Positions 12,260 through 26,104 are shown, counted from the stretch's first letter. The stretch: DNA of 64,000 bases from Marsupella aquatica (GCA_973895155.1 OZ316893.1:25657520-25721519), one strand, 5' to 3'. The notes: generated from the letters alone by a model not told the origin. Numbers and translations are program-made.

Positions 12260-12700
12260 TACAGTGTTAGGATACTTCCATCTCAGAGTTCCATGATATG
12301 GAAGTGTAGGAAATTGTATAATGACATGGTAACCAAGGGAACCCAAATCCTTCAGTTGAATGAGGATGGAGATGGTGTCATGATATGGAAATGCAAGAGG
12401 TTACGTACATGGTAACCAAGAACACAAGAACTTTACATTGTCAGGATACTACAAAACCTTGGAGTTGTAATGATATGGAGGTGTAAGTGGTTATCTACTT
12501 ACATGGTAACCAACTCCTTCAGTTGAATTGAAGACAGTGTCATGATTTGAAAGTGTAAAAGGTTATATAGTTACATGGTGACCAAGGGAAGCCAATTCTT
12601 TCAGTTGAAAGGGAACATAGGCTTGAGAAGAGAGTGTGTGCCATGATATAGAAGTGTAAAAGGTTATATACATGATAACCCAAGTCCTTCATTTGAAGGA
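12260..12700. repeat. Diverged tandem repeat of ~70-110-bp units
   Basis: Recurring catgatatggaagtgta...catggtaaccaa...ccttcagttgaa. Confidence 0.7.
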
Positions 12701-14261
12701 AAACAGAGGCCACTGGATGGACATAATACTGGACAAATACATTGAAAACCTTATATCACATTGGTCAAATGTATGCTTACCTGTCATTGTTGGAACCCAG
12801 GTGTAAGACATGCCATACATGTAGATTTAAATGTTTCTCTTTGCATCCATCAAGGTTTTGCATGTGCCATCCAGGTTTGTGTTTATCTGAGCTTCCACTT
12901 TTCTGACAATAAATGGAAATGACCAAAACACCCTCACAAATTGTCAAATTACAGAAATAATCTTCCAGTTTGAAATGTACAAAAGTGCCCTTCTACATTT
13001 CAATAGTGTGATTTCCTCAAGAATTTTATGAGGTAAGTTCAGATCTGTCCCTTCCAACCCAAATCTGAAGTCATATTGAGTGAAATTCTGACATGAATTC
13101 CAGTAGCATGAATATGCTTGGTGCAATTTATGCTCTCAATGGAATTCTGATGAAGTGGGTGAGGAACACTGACAGAGTATATTGCCAAGAGGAGTATTTA
13201 CGGACCCCACTGAGGTCCCTTCCAAAATTCCTGGCACCACAGTGTGCCACGTCAACAACAACCGCAACAAACAAGACTCATCGGTTTTGTGAATCAAACT
13301 TATAATCTTCATTTGTGTTTGTGTCAATTTGAGTGTAAATTTTGGGCGCCATGCCGTAAAAAGAAAAGTAAAAAATTGAAAATACAAAGAGCAAGACGGT
13401 TAAAACTGTCACTATGTAACCGTTTTAGTTACATTTCCAATTTTAAAACTTAAATTCAAAGATTTATAAAAAGTATTTCTCATATAATAAATAATGGCTA
13501 GTAACTAACTTGATAACTTCCTTGTTAAAGGATAATTGGCATCTCGAGTAAGATTTCCGGCCCAATGCAATCAAGGGAAACTGCTAGCCATGGTCCTAAC
13601 TTGAACTTAAGTGATACAATTCATTTGGTCAGACATTCATCTAATTGCAAATGGATTTGCCATAGATTGAATTGTGACTCTAGTAGTTTGAGAATTTGGT
13701 AGCATGTAGCAAAAAGGCCTGATTTTGACAATTGCTTGTGATAACCATGTTATTAATTAGCCAAGGGGTCCACAAACTAATTTGCAGTTAAAGGAACCTT
13801 AAGGGTACTTTCAAAAGTCTGGCAACTTGTAGGGGCAATTTGGTTGGGGCAAAGAATTGTTTCACAATGTTTCAGATTAAGGTGCAGGTCAACAATAATT
13901 TAAATAGAGATTTCACCAATACTCTAGAAGATGATATATAGCACTAATAAGTTCTCATAACACAAAATAGGCTAGTTAGCAACATTTTAATGATATTTTT
14001 TGGTTTGGGGGGGGGTGATATTTTGGTTATTTCACCCATATGGCCCCAAAAGAGGGGATGGCTTACCAAGCATAAACCCGACAAATGAGTATTGGAAAAA
14101 TTTTGCTCAAGAGTAGCCACGGCCATGATCCGCAACTAATGTAGATCAGGGAATTCACCAGCCAGGCACTGGAGCTCATGACCTTCAATCAAAATACAAA
14201 GACAGGTTCAAAGGGATGTTTACAGGACACCACAAAGTGCAGTAGTAGAGCACTCAGACAC

Positions 14262-14394
14262 GAACCCTAAATTCCCGAGTCTATCGTACTGTAAGCCTGT
14301 AGGAGCAACTACGGGAGGAGATCTGGGTCGTCGAAGATAGGGCTCCACCCTGAGGATCGGACGGCCTCCCCGCTTCGTGCCGGACTAGGGTTTT
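14262..14394. promoter_or_regulatory. Telo-box-like motifs upstream of RPL7A
   Basis: aaccctaa near 14264 and tagggtttt near 14387; telo-boxes are typical of plant ribosomal protein promoters. Confidence 0.5.
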
Positions 14395-14547
14395 GCAAGT
14401 GTTAGAGTGGAATGTTGGGTCTCTTCCTTTGCTCTCTTTCGACTCCCTCTCGACAATCACCTCCTTTTTTCGAGCGTTTCTCGATCGGCAGCAGTTGGGA
14501 GAGAAGTGCTGCGTCGATCCGATCCGGAGGGTGCGAGTGGCGCAAAA

Positions 14548-17015
14548 ATGGTAAAATTCATCCCTCCCGTTTCTTTAGCTCGCGTCGTGGTGTGTTTGAT
14601 TGGCGTCGGCACTTTGGATTCCCGAGTCGGACCATTTTCTACGTCTGTGAACTCTCTCGGGCCAATTTCCTTCCAACGATTGTGACTAGTAGTGAAATTG
14701 GCTTCGCGTATTATGAGGTCAGATATGAGCTACAGCCGCTACCGCTTGGTGTTCTTTCTCTCCTTCCCGCGCCCTCTCTTCCTTGCCGAGCTGCTCTACT
14801 GAGACAATAGAGCTGTCGTCATTACGCTTCTATGCTCTCGCCTACTCGTCTATGCTCTGTTCTGGCTCAGTAAGTCCCGTCCCCTTCCTGGCTAAGTCAC
14901 AGCCTATTTCTTTGAACCAGCTGCAGCCCTGCACATGAATAGCTTTGATTTATTTTGTCGTCATCTGTACTGCATAAACACAATCAATCTCGTGTACAGT
15001 TCAGCTCCCAAAGAAACGATCGATGTCTTCATTCATCTCATCAGGTCCAGGGTCTTCAGGCAGAGAGCCTGGTCAATCTAGAGTACCTAGTATGTCGAAT
15101 TTGCTGCTTTGATTGCTATTACCCATCTCTTGTCCGAAACTAAAGCTCCCAATGCTGCTATTGATTCTGATTCCTACATCACCTTCAACAGGTTTGGAAG
15201 GACTTTGCTCTCTCCATGGTTCCTTTCACTCCTTGGTGAGCGAATTCAGTGCGTGGTTGTGTAACGGTTGGTTTTTGTTGACGCTTTGTGCAGGCTCCCA
15301 AACGAGGGACCATCAAGACTCCTGTTCCTGCGCCGGTCGAGAAGAAGAAGGTGAGGCATTTTTACCCTTCCAGATTTTCTCTCCGTCGTGATAGTTTAAA
15401 TGTTTTCCGAATGCGCCCATTGAACGCCATTCTAAATGTCGGGGGAGTTCCGTACCTCATGAACCCCTAAGAGTAAGAGTGGGAGACGAGAGAAATTATC
15501 AGGATGCTAGTAATCGAACAGTGCACTAAATCTAAAATGTAACGAAATAAAGCGGACCATGCGGCTGCCTTGCAAGTATCAGTTGAAAGACAACCGTCTG
15601 AGTACTTTTTGGTTTCTGTATCTTTTGCAGGTCGCGGAGAAGGTTGTCAACCCTCTCTTTGAGAAGAGACCCAAGCAGTTCGGAATCGGAGGGGCTCTTC
15701 CACCCAAGAGAGATCTTCACCGATTCGTGAAGTGGCCCAAGTATGTGCGCATTCAAAGGCAGCGCCGCGTGTTGAACCAGCGTTTGAAGGTTCCACCGGC
15801 TCTCAACCAATTCACGAAGACTCTCGATAAGAATCTTGGTATATACCCCCTCCGCATTTCTCAATCATTTTGCATGCGTGTCATATTGTAATGCTAGGTC
15901 ATGTAGAGTGTGATATCTAGTTATTCAGCGGTAAGCCTTTAGAATTACTAATTCTACGCTTGCAATTTGTGAAGCTACGAGTCTATTCAAGCTTTTGCTC
16001 AAATATAGACCGGAAGATAAGGCTGCTAAGAAGGAGCGTCTTCTAAAGAAAGCAACTGCCGAAGCGGAAGGAAAGACAGTAGAGACGAAGAAGCCCGTTG
16101 TTGTCAAATATGGCCTCAACCACGTTACTTACCTGATTGAGCAGGTAAGACCACGCAATGAGTCCTTTTATTTGCCTTTGTTCCTCGGGTGCTCATACGC
16201 GCTACAGAAACAAGGGTTTGCGGCCAATGGCACCGTAATTTTGAACTTTTGATCAAATCTTCGAAGATAAAATAATGTGCATATCAGATCCTTGATCCTG
16301 AAGATTTACGTCTTTGCTGTATACCCGATGGAAGCTGCTTTAAGCTCGGCTTATGAACTATTATCCGGGCCTAACTGAGCATATGGAGGGATTTAATGAA
16401 GTTGGTTGAAGTGTAATCAACTTAGTGGCCCTATATATCTGGATGATAGGAGTTGAGATTCTCATTCTTCTGATATTTTCAGGGCAAGGCTCAGCTTGTG
16501 GTTATTGCCCACGATGTCGACCCAATTGAGCTCGTCGTGTGGCTTCCTGCTCTTTGCCGGAAGATGGGAGTCCCATATGCTATTGTGAAGGGGAAATCTC
16601 GACTTGGTCAGATTGTGCACAGCAAGACTGCTTCAGCTTTGGCCCTGACTTCGGTGAAGAACGAAGATAAGCATGACTTCAGCAAGATTGTGGAGGCTGT
16701 GAAGGTATCAATTTTGCTTCAATCCCACCAACTCCTTCTACTCAAGCAGTTTCAAAAACCTTCTTCGTGTGTTCATGGCCCTTAGCTTGAATGGAGGTGC
16801 CTGTTCATCCGTAATTGGCCGAGTGGCACTGTGACTGTCTGGTTTTTATTTGAAGATTGTCTGATGTTCCCCGTTTTCTGCAGGCCAACTTCAATGATCG
16901 GTTTGACGAGTACCGCAAGCAATGGGGTGGAGGAATTATGGGTGTTAAATCACAGGCCAAAACTAAAGCTAGAGAGCGAGTCCTTGCAAAGGAGGCTGCC
17001 CAGAGGGCAGCGTAG
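14548..17015 (+). CDS. RPL7A: 60S ribosomal protein L7a (eL8); exons 14548-14550, 15294-15350, 15631-15838, 15975-16144, 16483-16704, 16884-17015
   Basis: [64 protein letters not shown]; all introns GT-AG and in phase. Confidence 0.97.
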
Positions 17016-18652
17016 GCTATTAATGTCTGTTTTCATGTCCCACTTTCAAGGCGGGCCGGGATTATATCTATCATGCTATGGATTTTTGATGCCAGCTGCT
17101 CTCGGGACTTCATCTGTTCATGTGCAGTTGTCTGTGTGTGCAAAGTGGGTCTCTGGAATTTGCTCCGGGCTTCTTTGTATTTTGCTGTTTCCTGAGCATT
17201 CCTTTAATCTTGGTGTTACCACCAACCTTCGAGAACCTTAAACTCGTCCTGGCTGAGGGTTCCAATTTTGGACATATTCCTGTAGTGAAGGAATGTTTAA
17301 TTCTCCTGCTCCCACAGCAGAGGTGGTCCGATGCGAAAGAGATAAAGCGTGTATGTAACTTTCAGTTCTTAATCCAATTGCCTGACGGTGATTGTTGGAG
17401 CAATTTCGAAAAGATTAGGCTGAGACTAGAGGGCAGGAACAAGGTTGCTACGGAAGAGTCCTTAAGTTGCCATTCGATATTCTAGCCTACGTCATAGATT
17501 ACGGCGTTTTATTTTTGGTTGTGTAGTGAAAATTTGCTCGTGAGTCGTCTTCAAGAGGGAATTTGGAGGATGAACGATTGGGACGATCTGTTCCTCAGTC
17601 CTGCCCAGCCCTCACGTGTACTATCCACGAAATGAAACTAACGAATCATTGGTCTGTCCTGAGGTTACTGTGCCTTGCTTTGGCCTTTGAATGAAACAAT
17701 AATGTAATGTGGTATATGGACACGTAGCTCGGTCACTGGTACCCGGATGGAAACAGGTACCCTTCCACATTCACGATGCTCTGAACTTCCGTGGATGAGG
17801 TTACTCTCCGTCAAAGGCGCCTGGCCTTCTGCTTGCTGTTTCTCGTAATCGAAATGCCTCTACTGGGCAAGACATCGGCGGAATCGTGGCCAAGGAACAG
17901 TCTAAAGATAATCACTTGACACCGAATCTCAGTGCCCAATGAGGCATTCTTTTTGGAGAATCGAGAGTCTGAAATGCCTTTCTATAAAGTGGCGATCGAT
18001 TTAGGGGCCGAAGAATGGATTCTACTCAATTCAGTATTCGACATTCGACTGGATCTCGGTGCCGCACATAGCTGAAATTGTGCATTGGTAAGAGACTTTA
18101 GGGTGAGAAGCATTGACCAGAAAGTGTGACCGGTTGTGGGTGTGCCCTTAATTGTCCAGGCGGTATTCAGTTCGCAGTAGCTTATACACCTATAACCCGG
18201 ATCCCCCCACAGAATCCCACAATGGCACGACGTCGATAATTCACCAGGAACCAAAAAACTCTGGTTGAGAGAAGAGCTTCTTCAATAGAATCCTTAGAAG
18301 AGAAATTTCTGCAGTACTGGTGCCGACAATAAGCTCTGGGGCCAGTTTTTGGGAGTATCAATTTTGTTCCACCAATAAGGTAGCCGCAAAGTTGAGGTCA
18401 TGACCCAAAATTGCCATCTGAGGTCCTGGCCCAACAGCCATCTGAGTTGCGTTGAGAAATACTGCTGTGTAATGATGGCTACGGGTAACCTGTAGTTCGT
18501 CGAGATAGACTGCAATGTGTAATGAGAGCTACGGGTAACCTGTAGTTCTCACAGAGGTAGTTGTTTTTGAAGAAGAGGTAGGCTACCTGGTGGGCGATGG
18601 ACGGGAGATTGCCATGGAATTTCCACATGCGCCTTTTCCTTCAAAAGGCTAA

Positions 18653-18973
18653 GGGCCAGGTTCCATGGTCCAGGGGTAGGGAGTACAATCACTCCCTCTG
18701 ACACCCCTGGGGCCCAAATACACCATATACCAAGGTGTACACAGTATTTTAAATGTATGAGTTTTGATTTAGGAGCCAATGAGAATGCCCTATATTGTTC
18801 CTATACAGGGGCAGGGGGTACCCCTGAAGTTTAACAGGGAGTGTGAGGGAAAATCATACTCCCTACTACAATATTTGTATGCCCCTCAGTCCCTGGAAAA
18901 GTTGCAATCTTATTGGCCTAAAATTTCTGACAGTATCCATACTCCTTACTCCCAGCCCCATGGAACCTGGCCC
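18653..18973. mobile_element. Tourist-like MITE
   Basis: TIR gggccaggttccatgg / ccatggaacctggccc with TAA duplication; homologous to 28820-29359. Confidence 0.9.
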
Positions 18974-18976
18974 TAA

Positions 18977-19289
18977 GGGCTGTCTTGCATGTGCAAGAGT
19001 CCTGAGAAATGCGACCCCCTAGATGTCGAGAAAAAGTGTGGACCCAGGATCTAAACACAATCAAGAACACCTTATGTGTGAAGTGCTTATTGAGTCGGGG
19101 ATCTACTGCCATTTTGTTTTATTCAAAGTTCAAAGTCCGGGACCTCAAGGGCCAGAAAATATCCAGCCCTTGCCCTTGCATATCCTCCAAAGATGCCATC
19201 AGGACTGCCGGCTTGTCGTTTCGTTTAGAGATGCCACGGGTTCATTTGAGGGCCAAAAATCAAAGGACCTTGCACATGCAAGATGGCCC
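18977..19289. mobile_element. Second Tourist-like MITE abutting the first
   Basis: TIR gggctgtcttgcatgtgcaag / cttgcacatgcaagatggccc with TAA on both sides. Confidence 0.9.
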
Positions 19290-19860
19290 TAAAGCGTGAA
19301 ACGGTGAGTTCCTCCCTGGCCCATCTCATAATTCAGATACGTTGCTTTCTAGAGACCAGGACGAGTTGCCATCAGGGTCAAAATGGACTCATCTCCATAT
19401 TTAAGCATTGGTACAAGAAGGAGATAAGATAAAAGGGTGGCCTAAGAAGAAGTGTCCAATGGAAATGAAATAAGCCCATTCCCATAAAGATCAGCTCATA
19501 TCCACATTTGAATGCCCTACAGGAGATAACAACAAAGCGTGGCTGAAAAAGTGTCCTGTAGAAACTTGGATATTAACTACTATGATGCTTTCCTCAACCC
19601 CTTTTCTTGATATCCTTTTATTCCATTTTTCTCCTGGGACTGCATAACACCTTAAGTTTCCATGGGATGATACCTGAATGCAGTCTCTTTTGAAGATGAT
19701 GTTGATATCAAATAGGGGGCTGCCGCGGCTCCGTTACAGAGTACAGAGAACTAAACAGTTCCAGGGTAATTAACACCCTAAAAAGGACGGCTTACATATG
19801 GTAAGGTGGGGTGATAACGGTGAATTTATTTTCATCTTTTCAGTTTACTCCAATTTTGAT

Positions 19861-19934
19861 TCAAGGTGACAGGATTTGAACCTCTAACTTTCTTTGCCCA
19901 AGACAGACACACTACCAGATTGCACCACACCTTG
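19861..19934 (-). pseudogene. trnP-UGG: Decayed organellar-type (mitochondrial) tRNA-Pro(UGG) copy
   Basis: Reverse complement caaggtgtggtgcaatctggtagtgtgtctgtcttgggcaaagaaagttagaggttcaaatcctgtcaccttga: acceptor stem caaggtg/caccttg, TGG anticodon, T-loop; arms carry mismatches. Confidence 0.75.
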
Positions 19935-20534
19935 CTTGGCTCGCCTGGTTATTAGAACTCGGTTACCAAATGATCCATGCTCTGGTCTTCTGTTATATGG
20001 ATGTTATGATTGGGTCATATCCATGTAGAAGTTATTCAGTCTGTAGACCGAGTACAATCTCGGATCTCATTAAGGACCATTTCCTAAAAATCAGCTCCTC
20101 TCCAATTTGGATCTCCAACGAGTTAACATAAAAGTATGTCCTAAGAAAAAGTGTCCAGTAGAAATCAAATAAGACAATTACAAGGTACATTAAAGTAATC
20201 ACCATAATTAAACTCATCTTTCTTTAACACGATAATATTCAATCCCACTCCCTCTCTCATCTGTTTATGAATGTTATTATAATGGGAAGTCTCTCTAGCT
20301 GTTAGGTTATGGTGGTATTTTTCTCCAAGCATGCAAGAGACCTAAAGGTGCCACTATGCATTTCTCTCATGTCCAACTTATCCCTCTCTCTGCAACTTGC
20401 ATACTCCTTGGAATCCACTTGCCAGGCCAACTCCTTGGTCATTTCACTTAATATGCTTGACTACACCTCTGCTCCGCATCAGTTGCTATCAACAATACTC
20501 TCCAATGCAGGCATTGGGCTAGTCAAATTGATCA

Positions 20535-21110
20535 AAATGTTTTCAAGTGTCTATCTCCCCAACTGGTCAGAATTACTAGCCTGCCCCCAGAATTGAATTA
20601 ATTATTTAGTGGCTGCCCCCCATATGGTGTATGGATTAGCTAAGCTCAATCATACTAACCGAAATGGCATGCGAGTGGTTCTCAAACAGATGGAGGCTCG
20701 TGATTTGCCCATGCATACCCCCTCCAATGGTACTTTCACCCTTGACCAGGTTCCCCAATCCAACACTCACAAGAAGCTGATGTCCACTATTGTCTACAAG
20801 TAAAAACAATCACATTTGGTCCCTCACATTCCCGCACCTTTATAGTTGGAGGGGGTTAGCTTGGACAGATAATGAGCCTCCATGTGTCCCTGGACCAATT
20901 ACATGCCCTCGGTTATGCCATCTCGGTTATTCTACATGCCCTCGGTACATGCCATCTCGGTTAGTCTAGTTTAGTTACATCAACCCACATACAAAATGGG
21001 AAGCAACCTGGTAATTAAATTAGTTTGGAAAGCACCCTGAGGATAGTATTATTTTTGGCAGCACGTTAGTATTTTTGACTAGTTGGGGGACACGAAACTA
21101 AAAACCTCAT
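20535..21110. mobile_element. Decayed long-TIR (Mutator-like) MITE
   Basis: ccccaactggtcagaattacta...tttaattatttagtggctgcccc is an imperfect inverted match to gggaagcaacctggtaattaaa...tagtatttttgactagttgggg. Confidence 0.5.
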
Positions 21111-21418
21111 CTGAAAAAACTCATCTATCCAATGACTGACAAAGATTCCCCCAACAAAGAAAACACCTACCTGGAGCAACACATGCGACGCTACTAGTAG
21201 GTACTACACTTGTGCAGCATCTACAGTACAGCCAAAACATTTACGAAGGTAAGAGATGAAGCAGGTCAGTCGGCCACAGTCTTGCCATCTTTTTGTTTGT
21301 GGGTGACTGAAGAAAGACTTGAAAGACTGGACCAAGAAAATTGTCGAAAGCTCGAAGTGCTGTGGAATCGGATTGTCGAGAGGGAAGGGAAGGGAAGGGG
21401 AGAGGAGAGGAGAGGAAG

Positions 21419-23694
21419 ATGGCATGGAATCCTCGAGAATGGTGGAGCCAGAGGATGCAGGAACTGAAGAAGTCAGAGAGTGGAGGACCAGGAGGATGCG
21501 CGAGATGCATGCAATCGAGAGGACCAGGAGGAGGTGTGTTCATGATTCCATCAGTGAAAGAGGTAGCTGAGGCGACCATTGATAACATCTTGCACCACGA
21601 TAGGCAACACGGCGCCACTCAGGAAGAAGAGGATAGACTCGCCAGAGCAAGAGCTTGCACCGATGGTAAAGCATTGATTGCTGACCTCGTTACACTCCAA
21701 TTACTGTTGTTCCATGGTTTCTGATGACCCTTTGCTAGTTGTCCCCTTCACTCACTGGTACATGTGCATGCAATACCTTGATGGGTGTCTGCCCAACTTC
21801 CGGGAGGTTAGTGCCCCTTTGTGTCCCACCCTCGTGTTGGTCGATCAAGAGAGTATACATGCTGTTGCCTCTCCCAGTCTCCCATTGTCGGCTGATTCGA
21901 TGTTTACTAGATTCATCTGCTGGAGAGTGAAGGAACTGAAATCCTGGACAGCGAAATTTCACCTCTCCTTGCCCTTCCCAACGTGGCATCGTGGATCTCA
22001 TTTACAGATTGTCACTAAGTCAAAGTCAATTGTCTTCTCGCTTTTGTACTTGCCATCCCGTACGCTGTCAGTATTAGAATATCTTAGTACATTAGGCAAG
22101 CAGCTGCTTTTAGGAGAAGGTTTTAAGCATTGGCTCGCTTATTCGATTACCGTTCAGCCCCTCTCTCTCAAATATATCTCAGCATTCTGAGAAGGTTTTA
22201 AGCATTGACTCGCTTATTCGATTACCGTTCAGCCCCTCTCTCTCAAATATATCTCAGCATTCTCTTACAGTATTTTCGTTGTAGTTGCTTGCTGTCAAGA
22301 GGGTTGCGCTAGCAGTTTGTTAGTCGGTAAGAGCTGGCGCTTGTTAATCCTATTGTACAGTTGAACCTCGTCCTTCTAGATCCAAACTTCACATCATAAA
22401 AGCGTTCAGTCATTCTCCCGGTCACCTTGGTTTTGTAGGTATTTAAGCTCATGGTTTAGCGCACGGCACCAGATAACCGGCATCATATATGAACTCGCAA
22501 CTTACTGAAATTGCCCTGCATTCGCGTCGTCCATTGTTGCTCGCTTTTACTACAGCCGTTAGTTGTTGGCAGTTTGCATTAGTGATCATTGTATGGGTTG
22601 TATGTGGTACTCTGCCACCAGTGGAATGAGGCAGTATATTGGAAGTGAATTATTGTCCGTTTAGATTGCTTGCACTCTGGGTGCTGATAGAGGACAATCT
22701 GAATGGAACTAATCTGGTATTTGAAGTGAAGAAGTAGTCTAATGCAGTTCAGTAGATAAAATGGAGAGGTCTTACCTCAAGCCGAACATGATCATGTAGC
22801 ATTGCCAATTTTACAGAGGGAGTTAAGGCTGGTCTGAAAGCTGGCTCCATTGCCGGTGTCGCTGCCGCAATACCCACCGTAAGTGTACCAAACTTTCTGC
22901 AATTTTTAACAGTTAAAATTATGCTGCTTCCAAGCTTTCTCCTCACCTGAAGCCTATCTTCTCATAAACTAGGTACTCTTTTTGGATAAACTATCTGGCG
23001 ATAATTCCAGTTCCTTCGCTCAATTGGGTTGGTGTGTGGATAGAATATCTGCCTTGGCTCAGTTGGGTTGGTGTAGAATCTAAATGACATCAAAAGGAGA
23101 TTCATATGGCTCTCGGTCCATGGGTTTGTCCCCGTCGTGGACTTCCTAACCCTAAACCTCTCCTCTGCCTGCTGGATTTGTTTTTAAAGGCGAAAGCATA
23201 TGTATGTTAACATGGCTTCACTGCGTAACAGTTCACTTGGCTGAGTTGTGCTAATAAATGCAAATGGGTCATCAGCTTGTCGCCGTCCGTGTTCTTCCCT
23301 GGGCTAGGTACAATCTCAATTACACAGCTCAGGCGCTCATTGTTTCAGCAGGTATAAACCGCTCCCCCCCAGCCGCGCGATTGATTTTGTGCACGCGTTC
23401 AGTTCCTCTGTGTTTATTTACATGTCTTGTCTTTTTAATTTTCCCAGGCAGTCTGCAGTATCACGGCCTGGAGGGAATGAATCCAGAGGATGTCGTCTGT
23501 TACCTCTCTTCGTTTGTTAATACACCATTTTACATAACATTTGTGCACCACCCACAGAATGTCCTTGACCATGCCTTTCTTTTGCAGCTACGATTGGAAC
23601 ATACTTCGTAAGGTGCGAGCAGACAATCCTGGCTTGCTCTAGAGACGCGTCGTATGCCAGGCTTGCGAAGGAAAGAGAAGCCAAAGGAGTGTAA
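21419..23694 (+). CDS. ENOD93: Early nodulin-93 family membrane protein; exons 21419-21665, 22817-22878, 23276-23351, 23588-23694
   Basis: Spliced ...RLARARACTD-EGVKAGLKAGSIAGVAAAIPT-LVAVRVLPWARYNLNYTAQALIVSA-ATIGTYFVRCEQTILACSR; GT-AG introns in phase. Confidence 0.9.
22114..22263. repeat. Near-perfect 75-bp tandem duplication in ENOD93 intron 1
   Basis: gagaaggttttaagcatt...ctcagcattct present twice. Confidence 0.9.
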
Positions 23695-26104
23695 AAATCT
23701 GAAAGAGCGAGAAGGCACGACATTTCCTAAGACATTGCCTACTTCCTCTTGGCTTGCCGCAACTTCTGTAAATGCAGTCACGAACGTGTTGATAACAAAT
23801 AGTTTTTTTTCACCCTCGAGAGTTGGAACTCTTAAGCAAGCTGTAGGAATTCTGCTCCTTCGGATTTTAGTAGCTAGGATAGCTGCTATCCGTGTCACAC
23901 TTGTACCGGACTTAATGTCTGATATTGACAGTATCGTTGCACTGAGCCGTTATGGACTTCTTGGAGATGTTATGGAGGAGTTTTGCTAGTGAAACCATTG
24001 TGTGCAGACGGATTGATCTTGCTCTCAAGCAGATCCATTCAGTTCAGGGAAAGCTTCAGACGGAGCTGTTGCCCTCAAGTTCAGAAAGATAATGTGCATA
24101 CAAGTTCGGCTATGGTCTCAAGTCGATCGTTATTTTGAGACTACTAAGCAGGAATCAAAACTCAGTGGCTTGACGGAACAGGTTGGATTAGGAACTTTTA
24201 ATGTTATATACATGGTAGTAAGTCCATGTCACCCTGTTGAAGACTGAAGAAATGATAACTCCAACCTTGTCCATCCTGTAGCAAGTGTTGGGTTCCATAC
24301 GAATTTTCCTCAACTCTTTAGTATTACCTTTGAAAAGCAACATAGTGGTTCCAACCACCACCACTGCTTTTCGAAATTGGTACATCACTGTTCTACGGCT
24401 TGTAACAGACGTTGAGAGTATGCATATAAAGAAGTTATTAACATCGAGAGTTTCTTGGGAGAAATGCCCTTTGTCCTCCATCTCGGTCATCCCTACCTGG
24501 TGGGAGGGACTTTGCAGCAACCATACTAACTCTGGAAGATATCCTGGGGCACATCTCAAGGGTGTTCAATTTAGAACTAAAAGAGTCAGAGCTTAGCTAC
24601 CATTACTGGTGTCGCACTTCGTCCCTTTCTCCTGAAACAGAGGAAGACGCTATTGGATTGGAGGGTTGGTCGTGCCCTTGGCACATATCTTGATTAAATT
24701 TCGGAGATGGTAGAGAAGTAGAGACGGGGGACTGCAAATTCAATTTTCTTACTATTTGAAACTGTACACCGTTTTTGATCTCCAAGACCTGTGTCGGACC
24801 ATCATATTGCACAGGAGCTCTCTAGAAAGTTCTCTCTCAAAACTGTCATGCACAAACTATGCGTTCAGAGTCCCCAAAACGAGAATGGGGAGCACCTGCG
24901 TTGAGTCAGACCAAGACAAACAACGTTAACAACCAAGCTGTCAACACGCCAACGTTGACCTGCGTTGAGTTAGACCACGACAAACAGCTTGGTCCCTAGA
25001 GAAACGGACCAGGCATTCTATCAAGCTCTCCATCCTCTTAGAAATGATATGATGACGGCCCACCCAGCAATGGAAAACCAGCAACCAAGCAATCACTTGC
25101 TCAAGAGACGGGGCACGCATGTATTGCAATCCCAAATCAGAAAGTTCCAGTAGAACTTGTCTAACTTGTCTGCTTCCTCTCCTTCACTACGACTTTTGTC
25201 CACGAGGAAGAATTTCTTTTTGCCAAACTACGATAGGCTACCACTAAAATCTAACCTCCTAAACACCTTAAGCTCTTTTTGTGCTAAAAGAATGACTTGC
25301 AAATCGTCCCAACATGGTTGCTGATCTCGGAGGATGAAAAAGTGGCAACTTTCGGTACTGATCCTGAAAGATTTTGGACCCACAAACAGGAAGTACGCTA
25401 GTGAATGATACAATTTATTGGCCCTGGATCTAAACAGTTTTGTACAGACGGGACAGAGAAGGACAGTTGAGGCTGTCATTGACTCTTCCGTGTCATATGT
25501 CGCTTGGTTGCAGGGGTTCCTCCCGACTTAGAAGACTGCTCTTCTTGAGAGTTTGGAGTCTCCAAGAACCTCTTCATTGGTGGTTCCCTGCAAATCGACA
25601 AATGGAGAAAACGTTTTGACATTGATCAGAACCAGCAAGCCTTGCGGAGCTCTGAGTCGTCGCCACAACATTCATTTGGAAACCCAATTCATTTAGCAAT
25701 CTTCGTTATTTAGAGCCACAAAAACGCCGGATCCAGCGACGACATTTGAGGGACCTTCTCACAGCCAATTTAGATGGATGATTGTAAACTTCTGTGAAAC
25801 GCTTTTATTGTGAGGGTGATGCGGCGTGGACATACACCACAGCAATAAGGGTTGTCTACCCCGGTTACGACGAGTTGAGATCGCAGCTACAAACTACGTG
25901 GGTCAGCGAAAGGGGAGTTAAGTCACACTGATAGCTTGCTCAAAAATATAGATTAGACAGTGAGGAACCCTCCGAAACATTACAAATAACAATCTTCTTT
26001 GTCGACCCTCTGGTCAAAGATGGAAAATATTATATAAGCTCTGCAGTATAAATTTTGCGTGGATTTCAATGGAGTGGACGGTAGGGAAAGCTTCCATGAC
26101 AAAC

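Noticed and set aside
15351-16482. Intronic snoRNAs in RPL7A
   Set aside because: CTGA motifs are present but no canonical C box, terminal stem or recognisable rRNA guide; would need snoScan or Infernal.
17700-18254. Possible Harbinger transposase remnant (ILWGDPGY resembles a GDxGY motif)
   Set aside because: Downstream DDE motifs not found and frames contain stops; too weak to call.
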